Source: Welwitschia mirabilis (Eukaryota). Taken from it: 64,000 bases of DNA. Positions 52,930-64,000 of this stretch are shown piece after piece. Below the pieces are notes generated by a model. That model was not told the DNA's origin, made no database searches, and worked only from the letters and a program-made list of their open reading frames with translations. A program made the translations under genes and the position numbers. Position 1 is the stretch's first letter. Each line of letters opens with the position of its first letter. The stretch covers positions 18,456,089-18,520,088 of the forward strand of contig JBOZIK010000001.1 in assembly GCA_051453625.1 (NCBI GenBank), read 5' to 3'.

Positions 52930-55900
52930 TGGCAACATGTAAAAATTTATATCTAGACCAAGTATATCAGGCCAATTTAGCATAAGTAAAGGTGTTAAAT
53001 TAATTATTTTAGTAGAAAATAATGTCTTTCTTCATTTTTTATGTCTGTTTCCAGGTTTTTAGCCATGTTTTGAAATACATGTTCAAAGGTAAATCCAACT
53101 AGGTAAAAAATGATGATATGACAGTGACATGCTAGACATATAGCAATGACATGGTAGTGAAACGGGAATGACATGTGACAGTGGCATGTGATGTTGGCAT
53201 TCGAAACAAATGGTGATACCATAAGTTGAAAGCGTTTAAAATCAAGGCCACATGTTAAACTATTGTGATGATTCTTCACCTAATGCTACATGATGAAGAC
53301 TTAAAGCTTTCAACAAATACTACATGATAATGCTTTCATCAAATACTACATGATGAAGATTCCAAATAATGCTATAGATGGAATCTTATCCATCTCACTT
53401 ACCACTACAAGCCAAAGGGCTTTAACTACCCTAATCCTAAATCCCTTTATGAAAAGGGCTATGCCTCTTCATTGTATTTACCCAATCCTTTGGTAATGAG
53501 AACAATCATTCTTAAAGAAAGAGCTCTTCTATAATGTCTTTCTAGTTTCTCTCCTTTGGGGATGGACTAGCCTTGATCTTATCATGATACGTCTTTGAGC
53601 TAAGTCATTCTTTATTGATGTACTTCAATGTCATTTTTATAATAAAATAGTATTTTTACTTTTCTTTATTTTATGTGTAATTCATTTCATACCTTTAATG
53701 CTTGATATGAAGTTATAATATTTCTAAGGTATTTATGTTTTTGAGTGAACCATTCTTACTTACATTTTTGTTTCATAGTTTAATTTTGTTTGATGGTTCT
53801 TGGAAGACAAATCCTACTTATCATGCTTATAAGTAGGTCATGAAGGACTGAAAGTAACAAAGGGATGTTACTACCACTTATGTGGTAAATGAGATTATGC
53901 CATCATGATTTGAACTAGTGAAATTTGGATTTAAGATGGAGCTTACTTTATATCTTTAAATGAAATGGTTGTGCTTATTGGGATATTTATGTTAGCCTTG
54001 AGTGCTACAATCATTTTCAACTCTCACTTCTCAAAATCTCATTTATTAGATTTTTAATTTGTACTTTTGCTTAAATCATTTAGTAGCTCATCATAATGTT
54101 TTACATAATGGTTTATGTGTTTTCTTATGTTTTTATATCTCTTTCATTCCTGTGGAAAGAACGATAACTAGTCCTCATCTAGTTTTATTATAAGTTTGGG
54201 AATAAACAACTTTTTGAAACCATTGCCTGGGAACAGTAGAATGATAGCTACATACATAAGTGCATAAAAGTTTGCATTTTAGTTAGCTACACTTTTCTTT
54301 CATTTCGAGTGATTGATACTGGTTCCTTCAAGTGTTACCCAAACTGGTTCATTTTTCTTTTTCTTTTTTTCCTATAATTTTTAGGGATGGGTACTGGTCC
54401 ATTTTCAATGATACCCAAACTGGTCTACCTCTTTTTGGTTTTTATTGAATTGTCTAACCCTAGATAAGAAATATATTATTGCATCAATTTTTGTGATTGG
54501 TTGGTTTTATAGGTTTTTGCTAAAAACCTCTTTGAATGAAAGACAAAGCATTAAGGATATAAGAATTAATAGTAAATGACAAAACAAATAAGAGCCCTCT
54601 TTTCTTTTACTGTTTCTTTCATTTTTAAATATAGTAGTTTTAGTTTTATATGTGATAAATTACATTTCAATTTCTAGTTTAAGTTTTTTTATTTTTAGTT
54701 TTTCATAGGATTTTTCTGTGGCCTTTATTTTTCTTCTACATATCATTTTATTTTCTATTAAACCCAAGTAGTCCTAAACATTCATATATTTTTTTTTCTA
54801 AATGAAAATACTTATGTAGAACCTATTCCAAATCTAGCGTGAAATTTATTGTTAATCATAAAATTGGATTATTTCCTTTACCTTTTCTTAATGATAACTC
54901 ATACTATTTTAAATCCAATGATCCTCCTGATACTAGCTGAACTATAGAAGATTATCTTTAACCTCAGAAAATTGTAAGGGATTACCTTTAACTTGAATAT
55001 CTAAATACCCTTTCATGTGACCCTAAGTTTAAAAATCCTTACTTTTAATAAAAAGAGTTTGATTCTATGCTTTTCAGTATCCCTTATAATACTTATTCCT
55101 AATCATATTATCAAGTTTCTTTATTTCCTAATCCTTATCCTTCATTTTTTTCATGAATACACTTCATTTTTCAAAACTCACCAATCTTATTCATGAAATC
55201 TATTTGGAAGAAATACTAAAAACATTCATGGCATACCAAGCTCAAATTCTCTAATAAATTTAGCAAACCACCATCCATATTCTCTCTTCTTTGAACATAA
55301 AGAACCTAAAGAGATTCCTTCATTCATTGAACCAAATCCTAGGAGTTTTAAAATACCAAAAGGATTAACAATAGTTAAATCCTTGATACCTAGTCATACC
55401 TATAAAAATGAGGAAGAAACCAATAAGAAAACCCATGAGGACATATAGGATGAAGAGGTACTAGAGGATAAGCAACTACTTTATGAAAGTTAATCATTTA
55501 AGAAAAGTCACACATTTGAGGTGAGTCTTTTGGTAAACTTTCTGAGGAGAACAACATCAAAGAAGAACCCTTATAAGACCCATCCCATGTAAAACCTTTA
55601 CTTCTTCTTAAAACTTCATGAGCTAAACATTTCTCAGAATTAGGACTACCTTTTGCTAATTATTTTAATAAACCAACACTTTGTCTAGTGGTCTCTAATC
55701 ACCTTTATCTTCCCTTAAAGATGGTGTCTTACATGAATTATTGAGAAATAAAAAATGAGCTAAATGATGGACCATTTTTAACCTCAAACACATAAACTTT
55801 ATTACTTGTTTTGATTTTATTCCTAATTTTATAGACTCGTGCATAAAAATTTACATGGATTCTCTCCTAGTTCATTACACTTCACATGCATAGCTTTTTG

Positions 55901-56119
55901 TCCCCTTAATTCTTCACCCAAGCATCACATTAAAAAATCCTTTTTGAAAATTTTCGTTTCTTTTCATGCTTTTAGGTTAGATTTGTCTTTAGATTAGGTT
56001 TAGAATGGGTAAGTCCATTTACAATAAAACTAATTTTACCTGATGGTGTATTTCTCATGGAACCACCCAAGCATTACTACTTGTAGAATCATTGTCTTAA
56101 ACCAATTTACATAGGTAAT
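52930..56119 (+). mobile_element. Non-autonomous Athila-like element copy C (5' LTR ~52930-54208, PBS 54215-54232, truncated internal region)
   Basis: LTR is the reverse-complement homologue of 37264-38449 and 30792-32143; decayed PBS TGAAACCATTGCCTGGGA; paired leader motifs 54310-54425. Confidence 0.7.
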
Positions 56120-56852
56120 TGATCATAACTTTGTAGTGATCTAGATTTAAAACTACGTTTGCACTTAGTTATCATTCTTCCATAGGGATATATAAGGTAA
56201 ATTTAATCAAAAGATACAAGATTAATTTTGTCTTGTAATGGAAACTTAAATAAAAGAAAAATTAGAAGTTGAGAGAAAAGTTGATCTTCAATTAGTGATG
56301 AAAGGGAATGAAAATGCTCCAAGGCAAGGGAATGAAAATGCTCCAAGGATATAGCAATTCATCCAACTCTCCTCTTTTTCTTTGATGATTCTTTTATCTT
56401 AAAACTTAAAGATCAAGTGAGCTCCACTGAAAAATTGCTAATGCTAACTAAATGTGCAAGTATGATAAAAAATGAAACACACTTAGAATTAGTCATATCT
56501 AAAAATTATTAATTCCAAATTAATGTGCAATAAAAATGAAAGTGTTTAAACCAATTCTAGAACTAGTCCTACCTAAATATTACTAATATGAAATAGATTA
56601 CACAATAATAATGAAAGGGTCTAAACCATTTCTATACTAAAATTCAAAACAAATTATACATTACATCAATGGAGTAAGAAAAGGAGAAGAGCTTCTCAAT
56701 TATCCTTAAATCATTCTGCCCCTAAGAAAGAGTGTTAGAGCACCATGACATCCTAGCCTTTAAGTCTTTCCCATGTTAAGCTAACTAAAAGTTGTTTACA
56801 ATGGGTACTCAAGGACCTTTTATAAATAAGAAAAGGCTTGAGGAGTTACATC
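56120..56852 (-). repeat. Partial LTR homologous to 63456-64000 and 58035-58830 (ends at N gap)
   Basis: TGATCATAACTTTGTAGTGAT...TTCTTCCATAGGGATATATA...CAAAAGATACAAGATT aligns with 63456 onward. Confidence 0.8.
56302..56348. repeat. 24-bp-period tandem duplication
   Basis: AAGGGAATGAAAATGCTCCAAGG twice, separated by one C. Confidence 0.9.
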
Positions 56853-56952
56853 NNNNNNNNNNNNNNNNNNNNNNNNNNNNNNNNNNNNNNNNNNNNNNNN
56901 NNNNNNNNNNNNNNNNNNNNNNNNNNNNNNNNNNNNNNNNNNNNNNNNNNNN

Positions 56953-58030
56953 GGATACTCCAATTGCAATTATGAACATTGTGTGTACCTCTACATGAGT
57001 GCTTCAAGTGTGATTGTCATTCTTATGTTGTATGTTGCTGATATGCTGGTTGCTCGAAATGACATGAAAGAAATCAAAAGACTGAAGTATATGTCTAAGA
57101 CGTTTGCCACTAAAGATCTTGGACCAACAAAACAAATCCTTGCAATGAAGATTGCTAGAGATAGATCATGTCACAAGTTGTGGTTAAGCTAATCTAAATA
57201 TATTGACAACGTTTTGAAACATTTTAACATGCCAAATTGTAAACCTATTTGTACTCCTCTAGCTGCACATTTCCAATTACTTCATTAAGGTTATCCTACT
57301 TCAAAGAAGGAAAAGGTAGAGATGACAAGTGTACCTTATACATAAGTTGTGGACAGCCTGATGTGTGCCATGGTCTATACTAAACCAAACATTGCTCATA
57401 CAATAGGAGTTGTTTTTTATTTTATGAGTAATCTTAGGAAAGAGTGCTAGGGAGCAGTAAAATGGATACTTCATTACTTGAAGGAACTTAACATATGAGT
57501 TTGTGTTTTGGTAATGCTGATTTGCATGTTACAGGGTATATAGATGTTGATCATGCAAGTTGCAGTGATACTAGAAGCTCCATTACTTGGTATGTCTTCA
57601 CTCTAGGGGGTGGAGCTATTAGCTAGATGTCACGTCTACAATCAAATGTTACTCTTTCCACTACAGAAGCTAAGTATGGTGCCTTGACAAAAGCTACTAA
57701 GGAGATGTTGCGACTGGAAGGTCTTGTTAGTTGGTTTGGCCTTAGTTAAACCAAGTTTGTCATGCATTGTGACAGTCAGGGTGCCATAGATCTAACAAAT
57801 AATCCTATTTATCATGCCAAAACTAATCACATTAACACAAAGTAAAAGGCATGTTATGATGTAGGGCGAGTTTGGAAGTAATTTGAAAGTGAGAAAGGAG
57901 GCATCTCTTAGAGCTACATAAGAAGCTATTAAAGGCTCGCCAAATTTGTCTTCAAGTAAGAGAATGTAAGAAGCCAAATTTGTCTTTCTTAAATTGTAAC
58001 ATTACATTTTAACTTTAAACACCCGCCCTA
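56953..58030 (+). pseudogene. Ty1/copia RT-RNaseH fragment with PPT and LTR start, same family as 148-5079
   Basis: LMLYVADML, FATKDLGPTKQIL, AVKWILHYLK, GYIDVDHASCSDTRSS, LSTTEAKY; AGTAAGAGAA-TG at ~57955-57966. Confidence 0.88.
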
Positions 58031-58704
58031 ATCGAAGTACAACAGTAATCTGGATATAAACTAAGTGAAACACTTAGTATCATTCTTCCACAAGGATGTA
58101 GAAGGTAAATTAATAAAAAGATACAAGATTATTCTAGCTTGCAGTGAAAAACCAAACAAAAAAGAAATCAGAGTTTGAGAATTGTGATGATCTTGGTTGA
58201 CAACATAGGGGAATGGAGTGCTCCAAGGGACTAATCAAGTTGTCTTTCGCTTCACCTTTGTTCCAATGATTCTTGTATTTGAAACATGCACTAAATCGTC
58301 CAGTCATTAAGGCTCGGTGTGGAAGCATAATCTCATACACCACATGAGTGTTGGTGAGTAATCAAGTCCTCTCAATACTTCACAGCCCTTTATAAGCAAA
58401 AAAAAAAAAAAAAGTATGAACCTAAGTGCACAAGATCCTTCAAACAATAGGAACTATAAATCACAAAAGTAATTTTAAATAACTCACACAGTTCGGAAGT
58501 ACTAGACAATTAAATAAGCTCATCTAAAGATTGTTAATACCAATTGAAATTGTGCATTAACAATAAAAGAATGAACCTATTTTAAGAACGAGTTCTACCT
58601 AAACATTGCTAATACCAATTGTAATTGTGCATTAACGATAAAAGGTATAAACCAATTCTTTGTTAAAAGTAAAAGAAATCATACATTACATCAAATGGTA
58701 GAGG

Positions 58705-59137
58705 TGAAGAAGAAGAACTCCTCAACTAGTCATAGATCATTCCACCATGACATCCTAACCTCCAAGTCTTCCCCACGTTAAGCCAACCAAAGATGCTTAC
58801 AATGAAGCGCCAAGGCCCTTTTATAGATGAGGAAGGAGCTTGCAGTCTAAGTCATCATTGTGTTAGGTGTCGTCTTATGCGTTAGATGGGCGGTTACTAA
58901 GAGAGGGAGAAGGAAGTTACAAAACTTCTCAACTAGCCATAGATCATTCCACCCCAAAGAAAGGCGTTAGAGTGTCATGACGTCCTAACCTCCAAGTCTT
59001 CCCCGCGTTAAGCCAACCATAGATGTTTACCAAAAATGTTTACAATAAGGCGCTGAGGCCCTTTTATAAAGGTGGAAGGAGCTCGGAGTCTAAGTCATCG
59101 TGTTAGGTGTCGTCTTATGCGCTAGGTGGGGGGTTAC
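58705..59137. repeat. Diverged tandem duplication (~195 and ~240 bp units) within the LTR
   Basis: Both units carry CTCAACTAG.CATAGATCATTCCACC, TCCTAACCTCCAAGTCTTCCCC.CGTTAAGCCAACCA, GGCCCTTTTATA and GTGTTAGGTGTCGTCTTATGCG. Confidence 0.92.
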
Positions 59138-60600
59138 ATAAACGAAGTTATAAACACTTGTCATATAGCCACAAAGAAAGATGTGTCATCTTCTTATGCA
59201 AACATGGTGATGACGTGTCCTTTGACTACTGATGACGTTGCCAATGGATGTCATATCATGTATCTTCGCCTTGATCATCCTCACTGTGCCACATGTCACT
59301 GTAGTGTGTTGATTTATACTTCCACCATATATCATTATATTTAAAGATTTATTCTAAATTAATTTTAACTCAACTCATAATCACAAGGTGATGATCTTTT
59401 CTAATTATGGAAGGAATGTGAGATTAGTGTAATTTCTCCTCAATAGGCTAGTGACACTAGTAGTCCTAGCTGATAGCACTAACGTTTGCCATTGGGTTAT
59501 GATTAGTTTCTACATCGTCCTTCAAAAGGCAATAATTATACTGCTTATGTTAAGGGAAGTTCATATTTTCATGAAAATGTAATAAAAAGAATAGAAAACA
59601 TTAATATGTGATAAAACCATTAATTTAATGTTTCTTCCTATGTTAAATCAATTTATTTTACTTTCTTAGAATGTTAATTTTGACATGTAAACACATCCTC
59701 TAACGAATCTTCTATTAGTTTCTTAGCAAAAAGCTAATGAAGAAATGGTGACATGGAAAAATTGGCTTAAGTGAAAATGGCAAGTGAGGTAATGATATGA
59801 CATTTTTTGAAAATTTTTGATTAATTTTTAACAATTAAGCATCAAAATTTGAAAACGTTAAGTGAAAATGAATGTTATATCCCTAACCAAAATTAAACTT
59901 TATTCTCAAAGTTACAAAGATGAAAAATTTATACAAGGCTTTTAAGAACAAGTTAATTACATGGCTAGCAAATGATTTGATGTATGTATTTAGAAAAAGC
60001 AATACAATGCAAGGCTAAACTAAAATTCAATTTTTAGGGAACACAAAACATTAAACCTAATCAAAAAAACATTATCCACTAATTCAAAAGATAGACGATC
60101 TAGATTAATGGCCAAATTTATTGAAAATTTCTCAAATTTTATTCTAACCTTAAATGTGTCATCTGATCAAATAAACAGGATATCCTCTAAGTAAACCTAT
60201 AAGCCATCAAAAATTAGTTAAGCAAATTTCTAAGTATACAAAAAGCATCTCCCAATTCCACCTTTTAATTCTAATTTACCTTTTTCCTAAAATCATGTTT
60301 TGTTCCTTATTTTAAGCATTGTGATCTAATTAACCATTCAGTGTTATAACATCTCCTTCTAATAGAGTTAAGACTGTTGATATATGAATGAGTCAATGTT
60401 GCATTGCCAACAAGCATTTACAGCCCTAATGTAGTTGAATATGTCATAAATTAAATCATTAGAGCTGCATTGTCAGTGGTCATCCATAACCCTAGTGTAG
60501 TTAACTAAACCCAATTTTTAATGATTAATAATTAATATGATTTTGAATAGGAGACATTCATTTTCTTTTATTATCATTCTTCTTACATTCAATACATTTT

Positions 60601-60657
60601 GATACACATAAGAAATCATTAGCTCATTTGATACACATAAGAAATCATTAGCTCATT
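60601..60657. repeat. Perfect 29-bp tandem duplication
   Basis: GATACACATAAGAAATCATTAGCTCATT(T) twice. Confidence 0.92.
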
Positions 60658-63432
60658 AGACTAATCAAGAGAAATTTTATCATCATAAACTACTTCAAAA
60701 AAATAATTTACTCAGCATGAAAGTAGATCCCACCTTAATTCAACCATATTTTCCATTTAGAAGATCTTAAGTGAAACTAAATCTTAACAAGTTAACCTAA
60801 AAATAAGCAAAACCTTTTCTTAAAAATTACAAGTAAATTTAAATTCTAACTAATTTGTTATAATAAAGCAAATAATTATTAATGATTTATTCCATTTAAT
60901 GGCCATCAACTAGGATCATCTAATCTAAAGAATTTGTAGGTGGATGGAGGGAAAGGATGATTGATGGATTTTATTAATAGAATGTAAATATAAGGGATGG
61001 GAAGTGGGATTTAAGGCGATGATGGTTTATTTGATCATGAGGGTGAAATTTTGGGTTTCCTACCTAAAAATGTTTAAGATAATGATTAGACAAGTAGAAG
61101 TGCTTACAAGATTTTAAATGAGAAAGGGCATCAAGCATGAATATTTTTAACATTTTAACTTTTTTAAATTAAAATTTATTCTAAATGGAAAATATAATCT
61201 AAAAAGATCCTAACTTAAAATCACACAAGAAAGCTAAAACATTTTCAAGGCTTTTCCCAAAGTATTATGTACATAAAGGTTCAACATGAATGCCAAGGTT
61301 GAATGATGAATCAAAATTATACAAAGCATTCAATGATGAAAGTTAATCCTTATAAACATTTATGCATGAATTCATAAAATTTTAAAAAATCAACCCTAGT
61401 AGTGAAATACATTCAAAATAAGTAATCTTTCAACCTCAAGCCTATTTTTTCTTACTCAACAACTCATGCAAGACATCATTTTTGGGTAAAGACAAAGGTG
61501 AATTAGAAACCATCAAAAAAGGTGATTGATCATTGAGAAAGGTATCAGAAGATGGTTCCAAAGGTGTTAAGGATTTCACTTCATCATTAAGGTTTAATAC
61601 TTGCTCAAAAGATGAAGATTAAAATGTTATAATGGGTTCAAGATGTTGTTGATGAAGAGATTACTCAAAGGATGGATCATAAAAAGGCCCTTAGTTAATA
61701 TTCTTCTCTTTGTTAAGGTATCAAAGGATTCTTTCTAATAAGGTTGTACAGGCGAAATTGGTTGAGGTTTAAAGATAGGTTCATTTTCAATATCATTTAT
61801 TTTATTAATGTCACCTATTAATTGGTTCTTTGATGTATATAATTTTAATTTTTCTTCTCTCTTAAATGTTACTTTTAATTGATTAAACATCATCATCTGA
61901 AGTATCTAATACTACTCTAAAGTATAATCTAGATGCACATTGATGTTAACTCTCTAAGGCATGTTGAAACTCAAGGCTCTCTACATCGTAGGTTTCATTA
62001 TAGGCTTTAAAGTTTTATTTCTTATTCCTAAGGTATATGGTTTGGGTTTCATTAATTCTAGTCTCATTAATCCCTTCAAAGTCTTTTAAGCTATTAGGTT
62101 CATGGAATTTAGGAAGGTTTTCTTTATCTTATTGTTGATTAAGGGCCTTAAGAATTTGATTATTAGTTTTGGCTTTTTATTAAAGAGGTTGCTTGAGATT
62201 TTTAGTGGTTTTGTAGTGGATTATTCCAAAGATTATAATTGAAGTTAAAGTGTATTAGAAGAAAACTCAATAAGAACTTTTAAAAAATTTGGTGAGGTAC
62301 CCTTAAAGGAATATGAGGTGGATTATTGGATGTACGAAGTTAATAGGTGGTGAAGGATATGGGAAGTGAGATGAAGGGTATGGATCATAGAATGACAAAT
62401 ATGAATATGATGGTAAATGATAAGAATTATGGGTAAAGGAAAGTGAGGAATCAAATTTCTATGAGTTGGCATAAGGATTTTGGAATTCAAAGTTATGAAG
62501 AGGTTAATCCAAATATGGCTAGTGTTGAGGGTACTCTTCAAAGTTTGTCTTGGTCAAACAAAATCTCCAACAGTTCATTTAGGTTATTTATGATTCTCAA
62601 AATTGTAGGGATAGGCAACTTATAGATTAGAAGGTGTCTAAAATAGGTTAGAAGCCCAACTCATGGTTTAAGTTCAAGAAAAGAGTTAATGGTTTAGGTT
62701 GAGAGTTCATGTTTTTTGGATTTTTCTCAGTTTTGGAGGCCTACAAGTGAAAAAGTTTTAGAGAACTGAGACAAGGTTACAATTCAAGTTACAAAGTGTT
62801 TGGATCTAAAAGGTTGGCAGCGATAGAGAGGGTAGGTGGAAACACTAATTCAACTAAGCAAAACATTCTCAACAAGAATAAAGGTTTATTTTAGAGTAGT
62901 GCAAAATAGTTCGAGTTGCAGAGTCTAAGAAAAATTTGGCAAAATCCAAAACATCTAAAACTTAAATATTTGCAAGTTTAAAAATAAAACCTAACATTTT
63001 TAATTTTTCTTAAAAATTTTAACAAAAATGAAAGCTATCAGAAATGAAAAATTTATAAAGAATTTATAGAACTCAAAAATATAATATACATAATAAATTG
63101 TTAGAGTTTGGTTTTAATTTAAATTCATGATTTTAGAATCTACTGCACTTACAGAAAAGTCATTAGACGTACAACATGAAATATGATATATAAACATTGA
63201 AGTTTCAACTGTTAGAAAAGATAACCAAACTCAACAATTTGGACTAGTTCAGGTCTTACTTAAAAAGGACCAGTACCTACCCCTAGAAGAAAACACAAAA
63301 ACAAAAACGAAAAATACTAGTTTGGATATCATTGGAAAGAGGACCACCACCCACCACTGAAAAAATAAAATCTAACTAAAAAAATTGCAAGAATAAAATC
63401 ATATACTCTTGAAACAATTACCTAAAAATATA

Positions 63433-63450
63433 TCCCTAGCAACGATGCCA
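63433..63450 (-). promoter_or_regulatory. Primer-binding site (tRNA-Asp type)
   Basis: Reverse complement TGGCATCGTTGCTAGGGA, 5 nt inside the LTR end ...TGATCA. Confidence 0.8.
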
Positions 63451-64000
63451 AAATCTGATCATAGCTTTATAGTGATGCAAATTTAAACTAAGTTTTTACT
63501 TAGTTATTGTTCTTCCATAGGGATATATATAGTAACTTGATCAAAAGATACAAGATTATTATACTTGCAATAAACACTCAAACAAAAGAAAAATTAGATG
63601 TTAAGATTAAAAGTGATCTTTAGTTAATGATGTAAGGGAGTAAAATTCTCCAAAGGTTTAATTGATTCATTCTTCACTCCACCTTCCTCGAATGATCCTT
63701 GTATCTTAAAACCTAATAATCAAGTAAGCTCCACATAAAAATTGCTAATGCCAAATGATTGTGCACTAATAATAAAAGAATAAAATACACTTATCCTATC
63801 TAAATATTGCTAATGCCAAATAAGTTACATAATAACAATGAAAGTGTTTAAACCAATTATTTATTAAAACCTGAAAGAAATATACATTATATTAATGGAG
63901 GAGGAGAAGAAGAAAAACTCGTTAACTAGCTTTGAATTATTCCTCCCATAAGAAAGAGTTTTAGAGCATCATGATGTCCTAGCCTTGAAGTCCTTCCCAC

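Larger units (their letters stand above)
58035..64000 (-). mobile_element. Non-autonomous Athila-like element copy D (3' LTR ~58035-59693, ~3.76-kb pol-less internal region, PBS, 5' LTR 63456 to beyond the window)
   Basis: Two homologous LTRs in direct orientation, PPT-like tract next to 59693, PBS at 63433-63450, internal region co-linear with copy A. Confidence 0.8.

Noticed and set aside
58705..59137. CRISPR-like or satellite array
   Set aside because: Only two long diverged units inside a eukaryotic LTR; no repeat-spacer structure.

Overview
AT-rich plant nuclear DNA from a gapped scaffold (several N runs), made almost entirely of old, nested, C-to-T-decayed retroelements. It holds three Ty1/copia fragments interleaved at 1-6.7 kb and two divergently oriented LINEs with a C-terminal CCHC finger (RTEX/CR1-L2-like) at 10.4-16.1 kb. 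There are several Ty3/gypsy Athila-like elements, including a repeated pol-less non-autonomous family, plus a Sirevirus-like copia with an env-like ORF (44.6-52.5 kb) and a further copia fragment at 57 kb. The only host gene seen is the 5' part of a minus-strand spliced gene at about 7.46-8.54 kb (5'UTR exon plus 3 coding exons, about 150 aa). It lies in a CpG-rich island and resembles the N-terminus of plant TRF-like/PHD-Myb proteins. Element boundaries are approximate and were read by eye; no database search was run. I did not find a clearly new biological system; the best leads are the TRFH-like gene, the atypical LINE pair, and conserved paired hairpin motifs in the non-autonomous Athila-like family.
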